A stretch of DNA of 60,969 bases from Solirubrobacterales bacterium (lineage in GTDB: Bacteria; Actinomycetota; Thermoleophilia; Solirubrobacterales; 70-9). The stretch lies in the NCBI GenBank assembly GCA_035266685.1, contig DATFMX010000018.1, positions 1 to 60,969 on the forward strand. Direction: 5' to 3'. A program made the position numbers and the translations under genes. Position 1 is the stretch's first letter. Each line of letters starts with the position of its first letter. Below are positions 7,242-16,147 of this stretch, piece after piece. The notes under the pieces are model-generated. The model worked only from the letters and a program-made list of their open reading frames with translations. It did no database searches and had not been told where the DNA came from.

Positions 7242-8666
7242 ATGGCCGCGACCAAGCCCGATCCAGGACCGATCGCCAGGCCTCCGCCGGAGCCGCCTGC
7301 GACCTCCGTGATCGCCGGTGCCCCGACGATCCTGGTCAAGGACCTCGAGCGGACGCCGCGCGAGCGCCGCCGCCTCTACGTCGCCCTGTATCTGAAGCTG
7401 CTCCTCGTCGTCGGGATCGGCTTCGCCTGGGCCGGCTTCTCCCTCTGGCTCTCGCTTCCGTGGATCGACACCCTGGGCCAATCGATCACCATGCCGCTCG
7501 CGATCGCCGTGATCTTCGGCATCGCGATCATCCCCGGCTACCTCAACGCCAACCTGATCGCCTCGCTGCTGCTCGACCGCCCACCCCCGCTGCGCTTCGA
7601 TCTCGCCTTTCCCGAAGCGACCGTGGTGATCGCCTGCTTCAACGAGCAGGAGACGATCGGGGAAACCCTCGACTACGTGGTCGCACAGGACTACCCCGGC
7701 AGGCTCCGGATCCTGGTCGCCGACGACGGCTCCACCGATCGCACCGCCGAGCTGGCCCGAGCGCGTGCTGCGACCAACCCCGACATCGCCGTCCTCACCG
7801 TCCCCCACGCCGGCAAGGCAGCGACGCTGACCGCGGCGCTGAAGCGGGTGCAGACCCCGCTGATGGCGACCGTCGACGCCGACACCCTGCTGATGCCCGC
7901 AGCGCTGCAGCGCGTGGTCGCCCGGCTGCTGATCTCCCCGCCGGACACGGTCGCGGTCGCCGGCGCGGTCTTCGTCCGCAACTCCCGCCGCAACTTCATC
8001 ACCCGCGCCCAGGAGTGGGACTACTTCCTCGGCATCGCCTCGGTCAAGCGCCAGCAGGGCCTCTTCCAGGGGACGATGGTCGCGCAGGGCGCCTTCAGCG
8101 TCTATCGCACGCCGGCCCTGCGGCAAGTGGGCGGCTGGCCGGACCGAATCGGCGAGGACATCGTCCTCACCTGGGCGATGATGCGCGAGGGCGGCCGGGT
8201 CGGCTACGAGCGCACCGCGATCGCCTTCACCAGCGCACCGGAAGACGTCCGGGCATTCGCCCGCCAGCGACGACGCTGGGCGCGCGGGATGATCGAGGGG
8301 CTGCGCGAGCACGGCGGCGCGCTGCTGGCCGGACACCGGTCCAACGTGCATGCTGTCCTCGTCAACTTCGTCTTTCCCTATGTGGACGTCGTCTTCTCGA
8401 TCGCCTTCCCGATCGGGATCGTCCTGGCGCTGTTCGGCAACTTCGCGATCGTCGGACCGATGACCCTCGCCGTCTTGCCGTTGAACGTGCTGCTCTCGAT
8501 GATCATGTTCCACCTGAGCAAGCAGTCCTTTGACGAGGTGGGCCTCAAGGTCCGACAGAACCGACTCGGCTATTTCGGCTACCTCCTCACCTACCAACTC
8601 TTTATGTCGCCGGTCTCGGTGGCCGGCTACGCGCAGGAGCTGTTCGGCGCCGCACGCCGCTGGTGA
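7242..8666 (+). CDS. Processive family-2 glycosyltransferase (PgaC/IcaA/NodC-like polysaccharide synthase)
   Basis: 474 aa. N-terminal TM helices are followed by a GT-A core with VVIACFNEQETIG, ILVADDGSTDRT, ATVDADT (DxD) and the processive-synthase signature FARQRRRWARG (QxxRW), then C-terminal TM helices. Confidence 0.85.
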   Translation: MAATKPDPGPIARPPPEPPATSVIAGAPTILVKDLERTPRERRRLYVALYLKLLLVVGIGFAWAGFSLWLSLPWIDTLGQSITMPLAIAVIFGIAIIPGYLNANLIASLLLDRPPPLRFDLAFPEATVVIACFNEQETIGETLDYVVAQDYPGRLRILVADDGSTDRTAELARARAATNPDIAVLTVPHAGKAATLTAALKRVQTPLMATVDADTLLMPAALQRVVARLLISPPDTVAVAGAVFVRNSRRNFITRAQEWDYFLGIASVKRQQGLFQGTMVAQGAFSVYRTPALRQVGGWPDRIGEDIVLTWAMMREGGRVGYERTAIAFTSAPEDVRAFARQRRRWARGMIEGLREHGGALLAGHRSNVHAVLVNFVFPYVDVVFSIAFPIGIVLALFGNFAIVGPMTLAVLPLNVLLSMIMFHLSKQSFDEVGLKVRQNRLGYFGYLLTYQLFMSPVSVAGYAQELFGAARRW

Positions 8667-8815
8667 CGACTTAAGCCGTACCGCACTGTGTCTGACTGTG
8701 CAAACGGTGTTGACTATCGCCTATATCCTCTATGGGTTGCATCTACGGATTTCTTCCCCTATTGTCGAAACGGAACGAGCAGTCAGCGTGCATGGAGCCC
8801 TGAGTCAAGGAGGTC

Positions 8816-9529
8816 GTGGTGGTTACCCCTGATCCTCCCGCTGACGGAGAAGATGTACAGGTCTTTGCGACCGGCGAGACCGGTCCGCAGGCGGCGATGC
8901 ACCTGCGGGCGGCATTCGAGCACTCGCGACATCCGATGCTGATCGCCGATGACCAGCGGCGCTGGGTGACCGGGAATGCCGCCGCATGCGAACTGCTGGG
9001 GATCTCTCGCGACGAGATCCCCTGGCACACGATGGACGATTTCACGGCTCCAGACGAGCGCAAGAGGCTCGAAGAGCAATGGGGGGCCTTTCTGGCCAGT
9101 GGCGGAGCGGAGGGCTGGTATCAGCTGTACGTTCCAGACCGCGGACCGATGCAGGTCGAGTTCAGCGCGACCGCAAACGTGCTGCCGGCACGCCACCTTT
9201 CGGTCTTCATCCCGCCCGACGAGGCATCCGGCGTGCAGGCACAGAGTGCCTTGGCTCACCAGGCAGCCTGGGCGCCGGTCCCGGTTGAGGGGAGCGGCCG
9301 GCTGCAACTGAGTGAGCGCGAGCGCGAAGTCATGACGTTGGTCGCCTCCGGGCTCCAGAGCAGTGACATCGCGGGGTGCCTATTCCTCTCCCCCGAGACG
9401 GTCAAGTCTCACGTTCACAACGCGCTGGGCAAGCTGGGGGCACACACGCGCGCCCATGCCGTGGCGATCGCGTTGGTCACCGGGCAGATCATCTGGGATG
9501 TGCAGGGCCGCCGCGATGACACCTCCTAG
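8816..9529 (+). CDS. PAS-domain LuxR-family transcriptional regulator
   Basis: The C-terminal LuxR HTH is LSEREREVMTLVASGLQSSDIAGCLFLSPETVKSHVHNALGKLG. The N-terminal PAS-like segment is AAFEHSRHPMLIADDQRRWVTGNAAACELLGISRDEI. An AAGGAGG lies at 8807..8813, so the true start may be the GTG at 8819. Confidence 0.8.
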   Translation: MVVTPDPPADGEDVQVFATGETGPQAAMHLRAAFEHSRHPMLIADDQRRWVTGNAAACELLGISRDEIPWHTMDDFTAPDERKRLEEQWGAFLASGGAEGWYQLYVPDRGPMQVEFSATANVLPARHLSVFIPPDEASGVQAQSALAHQAAWAPVPVEGSGRLQLSEREREVMTLVASGLQSSDIAGCLFLSPETVKSHVHNALGKLGAHTRAHAVAIALVTGQIIWDVQGRRDDTS

Positions 9530-9537
9530 TTAGTCTC

Positions 9538-9576
9538 TCCGGGGGATACCCCAGCGCCTCATATGTCCGGGGGATT
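9538..9576 (+). promoter_or_regulatory. Tandem TCCGGGGGAT boxes (28-nt spacing) at the 5' end of the DUF3494 gene
   Basis: TCCGGGGGATA lies at 9538..9548 and TCCGGGGGATT at 9566..9576, inside TTAGTCTCTCCGGGGGATA-N17-TCCGGGGGATTGTGCTTCTTGGAG. This is the partner of the 6991..7047 block. Confidence 0.5.
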
Positions 9577-10816
9577 GTGCTTCTTGGAGAGTGCGCGCAT
9601 ATTGACCTGGATGAGAGACATGTTGTCCACGAGCGTGGTGTCGATGCTCCGCATCGTGTCGCTCGTGACGATGGCCTCCCTCCTACTCGCGGGCAGCTCC
9701 CAAGCAGCCACGTCGGTCGGCCTGGGAACGGCGGATAGCTTTGCGGTGTTGGCCGGAGCTGGGGTCACCAACACCGGGCCCAGCGTGATCAACGGCGACC
9801 TCGGCAGCTCTCCGACTCCAGCGGTAACCGGCTTCGGCGGGGCGCCGAACGGAACGGTCAACGGGGCAACTCACCAGGCCGATGCCCTCGCCGCACAGGC
9901 CCAGGCCGACCTGACCACCGCATACAACGACGCGGCCGGCCAGGGACCGCCCAACACGCTCGCCACCGAGCTCGGCGGCCAAACCCTGACTCCCGGCGTC
10001 TATGACTCCGAATCGGGGACCTTCGGGATCACCGGGACGCTGACGCTGAATGGCCAGGGCGACCCGGATGCCGTCTTCATCTTCAAGACGGCATCCACGC
10101 TGATCAGCGCATCGTCCTCCCAGGTGTTGACGATCAATGGCGCCCAACCGTGCCATCTCTTCTGGCAGGTCGGCTCATCGGCGACGCTCGGCACGGACTC
10201 CGCCTTCGCCGGGAACATCCTGGCGCTGGAATCGATTCAGCTGAACAGCGGCGTCACCGTTCTCGGCAGGCTGCTCGCCCGGAACGCCTCGGTCACGTTG
10301 ATCAACGACACCGTTACGCGCGCCGACTGCGCGGTTCCCGAAACGGTGGGGGCCGGTGGTGACAACGACGGAGGCGGAGGCGGAGGCGGAGGCGAAGCCG
10401 GCGGCGGCGGCGAAACGGGTGGTGGCAGCACGACCGGTGGTGGCGGCGCGGGGCGTGGCGGGAATCGCGGAGCAGCCAGTCGGCCGAGCGCCCAGATCAC
10501 CGGAGTCCCCCGATCCGGCGGACGCGCCGGCGCCTCCCCAGATCGCCGAGCGCCCTGCACTGACCGTGGATTCAAGGCCCGGATCAGGATCCACAGCCGG
10601 CGACGCATGCGCAGGGTCAGCGTCTACCTCGACGGAAGGCCGATCGAGCGAACCACTCGCAAACGGTTCACGGTCTGGATCAGAGTCCTCGGCCTGCGCG
10701 CCGGGCGCAACACGATCAGAGTCGTGGCGGTCGATCGCAGGGGCCGACACGGCGTCGCAAGCCGCAGCTTCCGTCGCTGTGCTCGGGCTGCTCCGAGCCC
10801 AGATTTCACGGGCTGA
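9563..10816 (+). CDS. Secreted ice-binding-like (DUF3494) protein with a Gly-rich linker and an Arg-rich C-terminal beta-sandwich-like module
   Basis: The signal peptide is ...MASLLLAGSSQA/ATS. The DUF3494 hallmarks follow: LGTADSFAVLAGAGVTNTGPSVINGDLG...TPGVY...LTLNGQGDPDAVFIFK...INGAQPCHLFWQVGSSATLG...GNILA. The start is uncertain: 9563 overlaps the conserved leader, and ATGs at 9611 or 9620 give a more ordinary signal peptide. Confidence 0.72.
   Translation: MSGGLCFLESARILTWMRDMLSTSVVSMLRIVSLVTMASLLLAGSSQAATSVGLGTADSFAVLAGAGVTNTGPSVINGDLGSSPTPAVTGFGGAPNGTVNGATHQADALAAQAQADLTTAYNDAAGQGPPNTLATELGGQTLTPGVYDSESGTFGITGTLTLNGQGDPDAVFIFKTASTLISASSSQVLTINGAQPCHLFWQVGSSATLGTDSAFAGNILALESIQLNSGVTVLGRLLARNASVTLINDTVTRADCAVPETVGAGGDNDGGGGGGGGEAGGGGETGGGSTTGGGGAGRGGNRGAASRPSAQITGVPRSGGRAGASPDRRAPCTDRGFKARIRIHSRRRMRRVSVYLDGRPIERTTRKRFTVWIRVLGLRAGRNTIRVVAVDRRGRHGVASRSFRRCARAAPSPDFTG
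10370..10393 (+). repeat. (GGAGGC)x4 microsatellite inside the Gly-rich linker
   Basis: GGAGGCGGAGGCGGAGGCGGAGGC is read directly from the sequence and encodes part of GGGGGGGG. Confidence 0.8.
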
Positions 10817-10818
10817 GC

Positions 10819-11147
10819 ATGGCGGCTCTGCTTGTCCTGCTGGCGGCATCTGTGCCTCCGGCGACGGCAACCGCGGCCATCGTTCCCGGCGCCGACGGCA
10901 GCGTTCGCCTCTCGAACGAATGGACCTTCACGCCGCCGGTGGCCTCTACGGGCCGGTGGCGTTCGGCAGCAGCGACTACTCCGTTCTCAGTGACTGGCCC
11001 GGCGGGGGGATCATCGGCATCCACGGCACCAGCGAACCCTTCCTGATCCCCGGCCGCCCGTCCCACGGCTGCATTCGCGTCCGAAATCGGGCGGTGCGCC
11101 GCCTGTGGCGCCTGATGCCGGTCGGCACCCCACTGCTGATCCGATGA
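10819..11147 (+). pseudogene. L,D-transpeptidase (YkuD) gene, frameshifted and shortened
   Basis: The signal peptide MAALLVLLAASVPPATATAA is in the frame of ORF 10819... The catalytic end YGPVAFGSSDYSVLSDWPGGGIIGIHGTSEPFLIPGRPSHGCIRVRNRAVRRLW...GTPLLIR (HG...SHGCIR motif) is in the frame of ORF 10356..11147. The frames switch near 10920. The whole locus is only about 109 codons, far shorter than an intact LDT. Confidence 0.5.
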
Positions 11148-11719
11148 CCCAGGACATGTACATCTACTCGACCTTCTCGGATGCTCGGATCGTCTTGCAC
11201 TGCGCGGTGGAGGCCAGGATCCTCGATATCTACGGCCACCTTGACCTTCCCGACGAGTTGAGGGGGATAGACGCGGTCTATGCGGTTGGCGATCAGGCGC
11301 CGTCTCCCGATGGACCGATGAACCCCCGCTCCACTCGCGAACGAATCGAAGCGGGGGAGCTCGATCCCCAGATGATCCTCCGCTGGATAGTCGACGGGAC
11401 CGCCGCTGCCCTTCACCGTCATGACCATGTCGTGATCGGGCATCTGTTCAGTGCCCTTCCCAGCCTCGGGCTCGAGGAGGAGGACGTATCGCCGGATCTG
11501 ATCGATTCGCTTGCCATCGCGGCGGCCGAATCCGAAGCTCGGATCGTGGTTGACGAGCACTGGAAGCATCCGAGCGTGCGCACCCTGCGGCCATTCCTGC
11601 GGCGCGGTGTCCCGCTGCTGCTCGGCACCGGGAGCCAGAGCCGCGAGACAATCGGCCGCTACGACTACTGCGCCGGCGTCGTCCGCAAGCTGCGTGAACC
11701 TGAGCTGCAGAAGGCCTAG
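11144..11719 (+). CDS. Hypothetical protein
   Basis: ATG 11144 overlaps the TGA of the LDT locus (ATGA). Third-position GC is high and the composition is protein-like, in contrast to the Arg/Pro-rich antisense ORF 10976..11779. I recognise no motif. Confidence 0.45.
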   Translation: MTQDMYIYSTFSDARIVLHCAVEARILDIYGHLDLPDELRGIDAVYAVGDQAPSPDGPMNPRSTRERIEAGELDPQMILRWIVDGTAAALHRHDHVVIGHLFSALPSLGLEEEDVSPDLIDSLAIAAAESEARIVVDEHWKHPSVRTLRPFLRRGVPLLLGTGSQSRETIGRYDYCAGVVRKLREPELQKA

Positions 11720-11823
11720 GCCGGGGGCCCAAGCCGGATCTCGCGGACAGGGACCGCCCGCGTGGGTCAGTTGATCCATGCGCGGCTAAAGGCGCGAGGG
11801 CTCGCCGCCGATAGGACACCTCG

Positions 11824-13425
11824 ATGCGGCCCCGCCTGCTACTCGTCCTCACCGCGCTGCTCGCCGCGCTCGCCCTGCCGGCGGGCGCGCAGGCGCTGCA
11901 GCTGCGGATCGTCAACGAGAGCGGCGTCCTCCCCGAAGACGTCCACGTGACGATCACCGGCAGCCCCTTCGAAGTGAGCGGGATGGCGAACGACGTCCCG
12001 AAGACGCTGAAGGAAATCGAAAAAAACCCGAGCTGGCTCGATATCGAAAAGCTCGTCTCCGGGCGCGTCTACATCTCCTACTACGACGCCCTGCACGAAG
12101 CCGAACTCGGGACGCTGTTCAGATCCCCGACCCGCTTCGACTGGGCCGAGCTCACCGTCACGCCTGTTTCCACGGACAAGGCCAACCTTACCGCGGTCGA
12201 ACAGACCGGGATCGGGATGCGCCTCGACACCTTCGACAGCGAAGGCCACCAGCTCGAGGAGCTCGGCTCGGCCAACTCCGACGCGATCTTCGAAGCAATG
12301 CAGAAGATCCCCGGCGGACCGGCGGCGACCGTGCGCAACGGCGAAGGGAAGCCCGTCCGCGTCATCTCGCCACAGAAAGCCGCCAGCTACCCCGACCTCG
12401 CCGGCGTCTACCCCGACCTCGGCGACTACGTGCGCTCGATGGCCGGTGAGACGATCGCGCTGCACACCGCCTTCTTCGGCTCGCCCTTCACCACCAGCTC
12501 CTATGCCGGGACCTTCGCCGGCGATGGCTCGATCACGCTGACCGGTACGAGCAACCCGCCGAACCAGGCGCCGTCCCAGATCTCCTTCCAGGGCGACCAG
12601 CTGATCGACGACATCGAGACGGGCGTAGGCACGCCGAACACCCTCCAAGGGACGATCAGGCGCGACGTTCTCTCCGCTTTCAGCGCCGGCCTCTGGGGTG
12701 GCAGATACGGCAACAGCGCGATCGACTTCTGCACCAACCCGACGAGCGACGCGCAGGGCACCTGGTGTCCTGAAGGGTTCAACCAACCCGCCTTCGGCGG
12801 CGCCCGAGCGAGCCTCTCCCCGTTCCCGACCTGCGAGCAGTACGCGGCCGTGATCGCCCACTACACCGACACCTACGGCAACCCCTACAGCGACGCCTCC
12901 GGCAAGGTCCAGATCAGCCTCGACCAGCCGGGCGACGGCGGTCAGGTCGAGACGTTGCAGCTGACGATCCTGCCGGACTCGGGTGACGCCCAGCCGGTCA
13001 GCAGCGCCAACTCGGACTGTGGCGCGGGCTCGGCCTCCGGCTCAGGTTCCGGCGCGAGCACCGGAGGCGGCGGCTCCACCCCGAGCAGCGGCGCCAAGCC
13101 GCGCGGGAGCTCCGCCGTCGCGGTCCACGCCCGGCTGCTCAAGCACAGCAAGCTCCTGCGCCGCGGCAAGCTGCGCGTCGCCCGCCTCGCCTGCTCGGCC
13201 GCCTGCGGGCGCGTGCGCGCGACCGTCCGCGTGGGCAGGCGGATCCTCGCCCGCGCCCTGGTCAAGCGTTCGGGCCGCAAGCGCCTCGTCGTCGCCCAGC
13301 TGACGAAACCGGGCCGCAAGCTGCTGCGCCGGCACAAGAAGCTGAAGACCAGGCTCGACCTCTGGGTCGCCCCGCCCGGTCAGCACGCGACGCACCGCCG
13401 CGGCAAGCTGCTGCTGCTCCGTTAG
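11824..13425 (+). CDS. Secreted GH64-like (beta-1,3-glucanase / thaumatin-like fold) protein with a basic C-terminal tail
   Basis: The signal peptide is MRPRLLLVLTALLAALALPAGAQA. LQLRIVNESG...SGRVYISYYD...TRFDWAELTV...ANLTAVEQTGIGMRLDTF resembles the GH64 N-terminal pattern, recalled from memory. The C-terminal 100 aa are Arg/Lys-rich (LVKRSGRKRLVVAQLTKPGRKLLRRHKKLKTRL). Confidence 0.5.
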   Translation: MRPRLLLVLTALLAALALPAGAQALQLRIVNESGVLPEDVHVTITGSPFEVSGMANDVPKTLKEIEKNPSWLDIEKLVSGRVYISYYDALHEAELGTLFRSPTRFDWAELTVTPVSTDKANLTAVEQTGIGMRLDTFDSEGHQLEELGSANSDAIFEAMQKIPGGPAATVRNGEGKPVRVISPQKAASYPDLAGVYPDLGDYVRSMAGETIALHTAFFGSPFTTSSYAGTFAGDGSITLTGTSNPPNQAPSQISFQGDQLIDDIETGVGTPNTLQGTIRRDVLSAFSAGLWGGRYGNSAIDFCTNPTSDAQGTWCPEGFNQPAFGGARASLSPFPTCEQYAAVIAHYTDTYGNPYSDASGKVQISLDQPGDGGQVETLQLTILPDSGDAQPVSSANSDCGAGSASGSGSGASTGGGGSTPSSGAKPRGSSAVAVHARLLKHSKLLRRGKLRVARLACSAACGRVRATVRVGRRILARALVKRSGRKRLVVAQLTKPGRKLLRRHKKLKTRLDLWVAPPGQHATHRRGKLLLLR

Positions 13426-13432
13426 CCGGCGC

Positions 13433-16114
13433 TCAGCGGACGATCCGGAACCGCGTCACGCGTCGCTTCGACCTCAGCCGCCGGCTGTCGATCGCCCGCG
13501 CGGTCAGCCGGTACCTGCCGGGCGCCAGCACCTTCCTGCCGCGGCGACCGTGGAAGTGGATCGCCGCGTTTCCGGACCGCTTCACCCGGCGCTTGAACCA
13601 GAGCTTTCTCACCTTCCGATGCCCGTGTCGCGCCCGGCTGGAGTGGGCTCGCCGGTGCCGGTGTCGCCGGTGCTTCGAACGCCTGGGGCGAATCCGCGTG
13701 ATGGCGAACCGCACCGTCGCCGGCTCGGAGAGGTGGAACCTGATCCTGGCTCCTCGCCTCCTCCTCCAGACCCTGGGCGTCACCCTGAGCCGGCGCAGGA
13801 CCGGCGCCCGGTTCTTCACCGCGACCACGGGGCTCGGCGCCACGCCCGGCGCGGCCGGGCCGACCCGCAGGTAGAACGGGATCTGGCCCTTGTTCCCCTT
13901 CGAATCGGTCGCGGTGACGTAGACGAGCTTGCTGGACTCGCCCGCCGAGGTGGGGTAGGTCCACGTGTACCTGCCGCCGTCGTCGTCGGCGACGCTGCCG
14001 ACCGAGGCGCCGAGCGAGACCGGGTCGCCGTCGGGGTCCCTGTAGGTGCCGGTCACGCTCGCCGTGTCCCCCGGTGCGACGAGCGGTTCGGCGTCGTCGA
14101 CGTTGACGTCAGGCCGCTCGTCGCCGTTCGGATCGGTGACGACGAGCTCGCTGAGCATGCCGTTGCTGGCGTGGAAGAGGATGTGGCAGTGAAAGAGCCA
14201 GCGCCCGAGCGCCCCGCCCGGGGTGAGCCCGTCGGCCAGCGGCCTGTCGAACAGCCTTACCTTGAAGATCACCCGGTAGTGCGGCGGGACGTCGAGGACA
14301 TCTTTGTACTCGGGGTCGGGGAATTCGTAGTCGTTGCCGCCGACCGCCGGGTAGAAGGGTTCCTGGTCCATCATGATCGGCTCGAAGGAGAAGCCGTGCA
14401 GATGGAAGGTGTGGTGCGCGCCGGTCGTGTCTTCGATGCTGAGCAGCAGGACGTCGCCGGGTTTGGCGTAGCGGGTCGAGGGCAGGTGATCGATCGACAT
14501 GTAGCTGCCTTCGACGTCGTGGACGCCGTAGGCCCCGTCGATGCCGAGGCCGCCGGCGCCGTTCGAGGTGAAGGCGATATGGGGATCCGCGCTGCCGAGC
14601 TTCGGCGACGAGAATTCGGACGGATCCAGCAACCCGCCGGTCTCTTCGCCGAGCGGCTGGATCGGGTCCCCGGCGGCATCCCGCAGTTCGGTGCCGTTTT
14701 CGATGCTGTAAGGCGGTTCGACGGGCGCGCCGGTCAGGTTCAGGTGCATCACCGGGACGGTCGGGATGTTCACGTAGCCGCCGCCGGTGCGTTTGAAGTC
14801 CTCCGTCCAGAGCGTCAGCACGCCGCCGGTCGGGGTCGAGGGAATCGCCGCGACCACATCGGCGCGACCGGCTGGTGGGAGCAGGATCTCCCCTTTGCTG
14901 TATTCGGTGTCCCAGAGGCCCTTGATTCCGCCTTCCTCGACTGCCCGGTTGAGCAGGCCGCCTTCGCCGCCGACCCGGTAGAGGGGAATGAGTTCCCCTT
15001 CGGGGTCGGTCAGCCGCAGGCGCATGTAGCGGATCGTCGCCGAGTTGGCGATCTGCAGACGCAGCCCCTGGCCCGGTCGGACGTCCATCGTCGAGGCCCC
15101 CGGTTCGAGCGGTCCCGGTTCGTAGCCCTCGTCTTTAGGCCCGCCCGCGCGCCCGCCGACGTTCCTGCCGTTGGTCAGCACGAGCGTGCCCTCATTGGTC
15201 CGGCCGGCGTGCAGCCTGGTCTGGATGTTCGGGATGTCCCCAGCCGCGAACGGGCCCCGCGGGTTGCCGTCTTCGTCGGCCGGATACGGATTCTCGACCC
15301 CTTCGGAGCTGACGCTCGGGCCCTCGCAGAGGTTCTGCGGCGAGGGTTCGGCCTGCGTCGGCAGCGAGTTGGCGACCGTGCTGCCGGCCCATGGCGCCGT
15401 CACGGCCGGCGTGTCGTCGCTGTTGTCGTCGTAGACATGCGGCTGGCCCGTTTCCACCCCCGGGTTGCTGCCCGGCGCCTGGCAGACCGTCGTGTCGCTG
15501 AGGTCGATCTTCCTCGTCTGCGACTGCTCGGGCAGGATGCCGGCCCCCTGCAGCGCGGCTTCGTTCGGGTCCCGGACGTAGATCATCCCGTAGAGCCCTT
15601 TGAACACCTGATCGGTCGAGGCGTGATGGTGCGGGTGATACCAGTAAAGTCCCGGACGGGTAACGGTGAATTTGTAGAGGAACGAGCCGCCCGGCGCGAC
15701 CATGTCCTGGGTGTACGGCGTCCCGTCCTCGCCGTTGGCCAGCTCGATGCCATGCCAGTGAATCCCGGTGGCGTGCGCGAGGCGGTTGTGGAAGTGGACG
15801 ATCACCGTATCGCCGAGGTTGAGGTCGAAGGTCGGGCCCGGGACCTCGCCGTTATAGGTCTGCGCATTCGCCTCCAGGCCGTTGCCGAGTTCGACCGTCG
15901 CTTCCTCGGCCGTGATCGTCGTCTCGACGATGTCCGGAGCGGGATTCGTGTCGACGACCGCCGGCGGGCTGTAGGGGTCGCCGCCCGAGGTCGCCGAGAC
16001 CCGTGGGTTGGCGAGCACCAGAAAGCCGATAGCGGCGAGCGCAAAGCAGGTCACGAGCAGCAGCAGGCGACCGCGGCGCGTCACGCCGAAACGATCGGTC
16101 CCCCTTGCCCGCAT
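13433..16114 (-). CDS. Multicopper oxidase (laccase/CueO-like), unusually long, with a possible Tat leader and a basic tail
   Basis: All four Cu-binding motifs are present: GIHWHGIE, LYWYHPHHH, HTFHLHGF, WLFHCHILFHASNGM. The N-terminus VTRRGRLLLLVTCFALAA is Tat-like. The protein is 893 aa. The last 130 aa are Arg/His/Lys-rich (RSKHRRHRHRRAHSSRARHGHRKVRK...VKRSG...). Confidence 0.9.
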   Translation of the reverse strand: MRARGTDRFGVTRRGRLLLLVTCFALAAIGFLVLANPRVSATSGGDPYSPPAVVDTNPAPDIVETTITAEEATVELGNGLEANAQTYNGEVPGPTFDLNLGDTVIVHFHNRLAHATGIHWHGIELANGEDGTPYTQDMVAPGGSFLYKFTVTRPGLYWYHPHHHASTDQVFKGLYGMIYVRDPNEAALQGAGILPEQSQTRKIDLSDTTVCQAPGSNPGVETGQPHVYDDNSDDTPAVTAPWAGSTVANSLPTQAEPSPQNLCEGPSVSSEGVENPYPADEDGNPRGPFAAGDIPNIQTRLHAGRTNEGTLVLTNGRNVGGRAGGPKDEGYEPGPLEPGASTMDVRPGQGLRLQIANSATIRYMRLRLTDPEGELIPLYRVGGEGGLLNRAVEEGGIKGLWDTEYSKGEILLPPAGRADVVAAIPSTPTGGVLTLWTEDFKRTGGGYVNIPTVPVMHLNLTGAPVEPPYSIENGTELRDAAGDPIQPLGEETGGLLDPSEFSSPKLGSADPHIAFTSNGAGGLGIDGAYGVHDVEGSYMSIDHLPSTRYAKPGDVLLLSIEDTTGAHHTFHLHGFSFEPIMMDQEPFYPAVGGNDYEFPDPEYKDVLDVPPHYRVIFKVRLFDRPLADGLTPGGALGRWLFHCHILFHASNGMLSELVVTDPNGDERPDVNVDDAEPLVAPGDTASVTGTYRDPDGDPVSLGASVGSVADDDGGRYTWTYPTSAGESSKLVYVTATDSKGNKGQIPFYLRVGPAAPGVAPSPVVAVKNRAPVLRRLRVTPRVWRRRRGARIRFHLSEPATVRFAITRIRPRRSKHRRHRHRRAHSSRARHGHRKVRKLWFKRRVKRSGNAAIHFHGRRGRKVLAPGRYRLTARAIDSRRLRSKRRVTRFRIVR

Positions 16115-16147
16115 CGGAACGGAGTATAAACATGCCGGTATATAGCG

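Noticed and set aside
7173-8597. A 474-aa minus-strand ORF that exactly mirrors the GT2 synthase gene. Similar long mirror ORFs are 13550..16129 (859 aa), 20340..21713, 28727..30316, 29419..31287, 39191..40624, 42092..43288, 46518..48197, 48595..50238 and 56356..58053.
   Set aside because: These are typical high-GC antisense shadow ORFs. They have Arg/Gly/Asp/His/Pro-rich low-complexity translations with no motifs. In every case the opposite strand carries unambiguous family signatures such as QRRRW, Cu motifs or IlvD.
10356-10460. Gly-codon and GAGGCG periodic repeats as a possible CRISPR or minisatellite array.
   Set aside because: The unit length is 6 nt with no spacers, it lies inside a coding Gly linker, and there are no cas genes.
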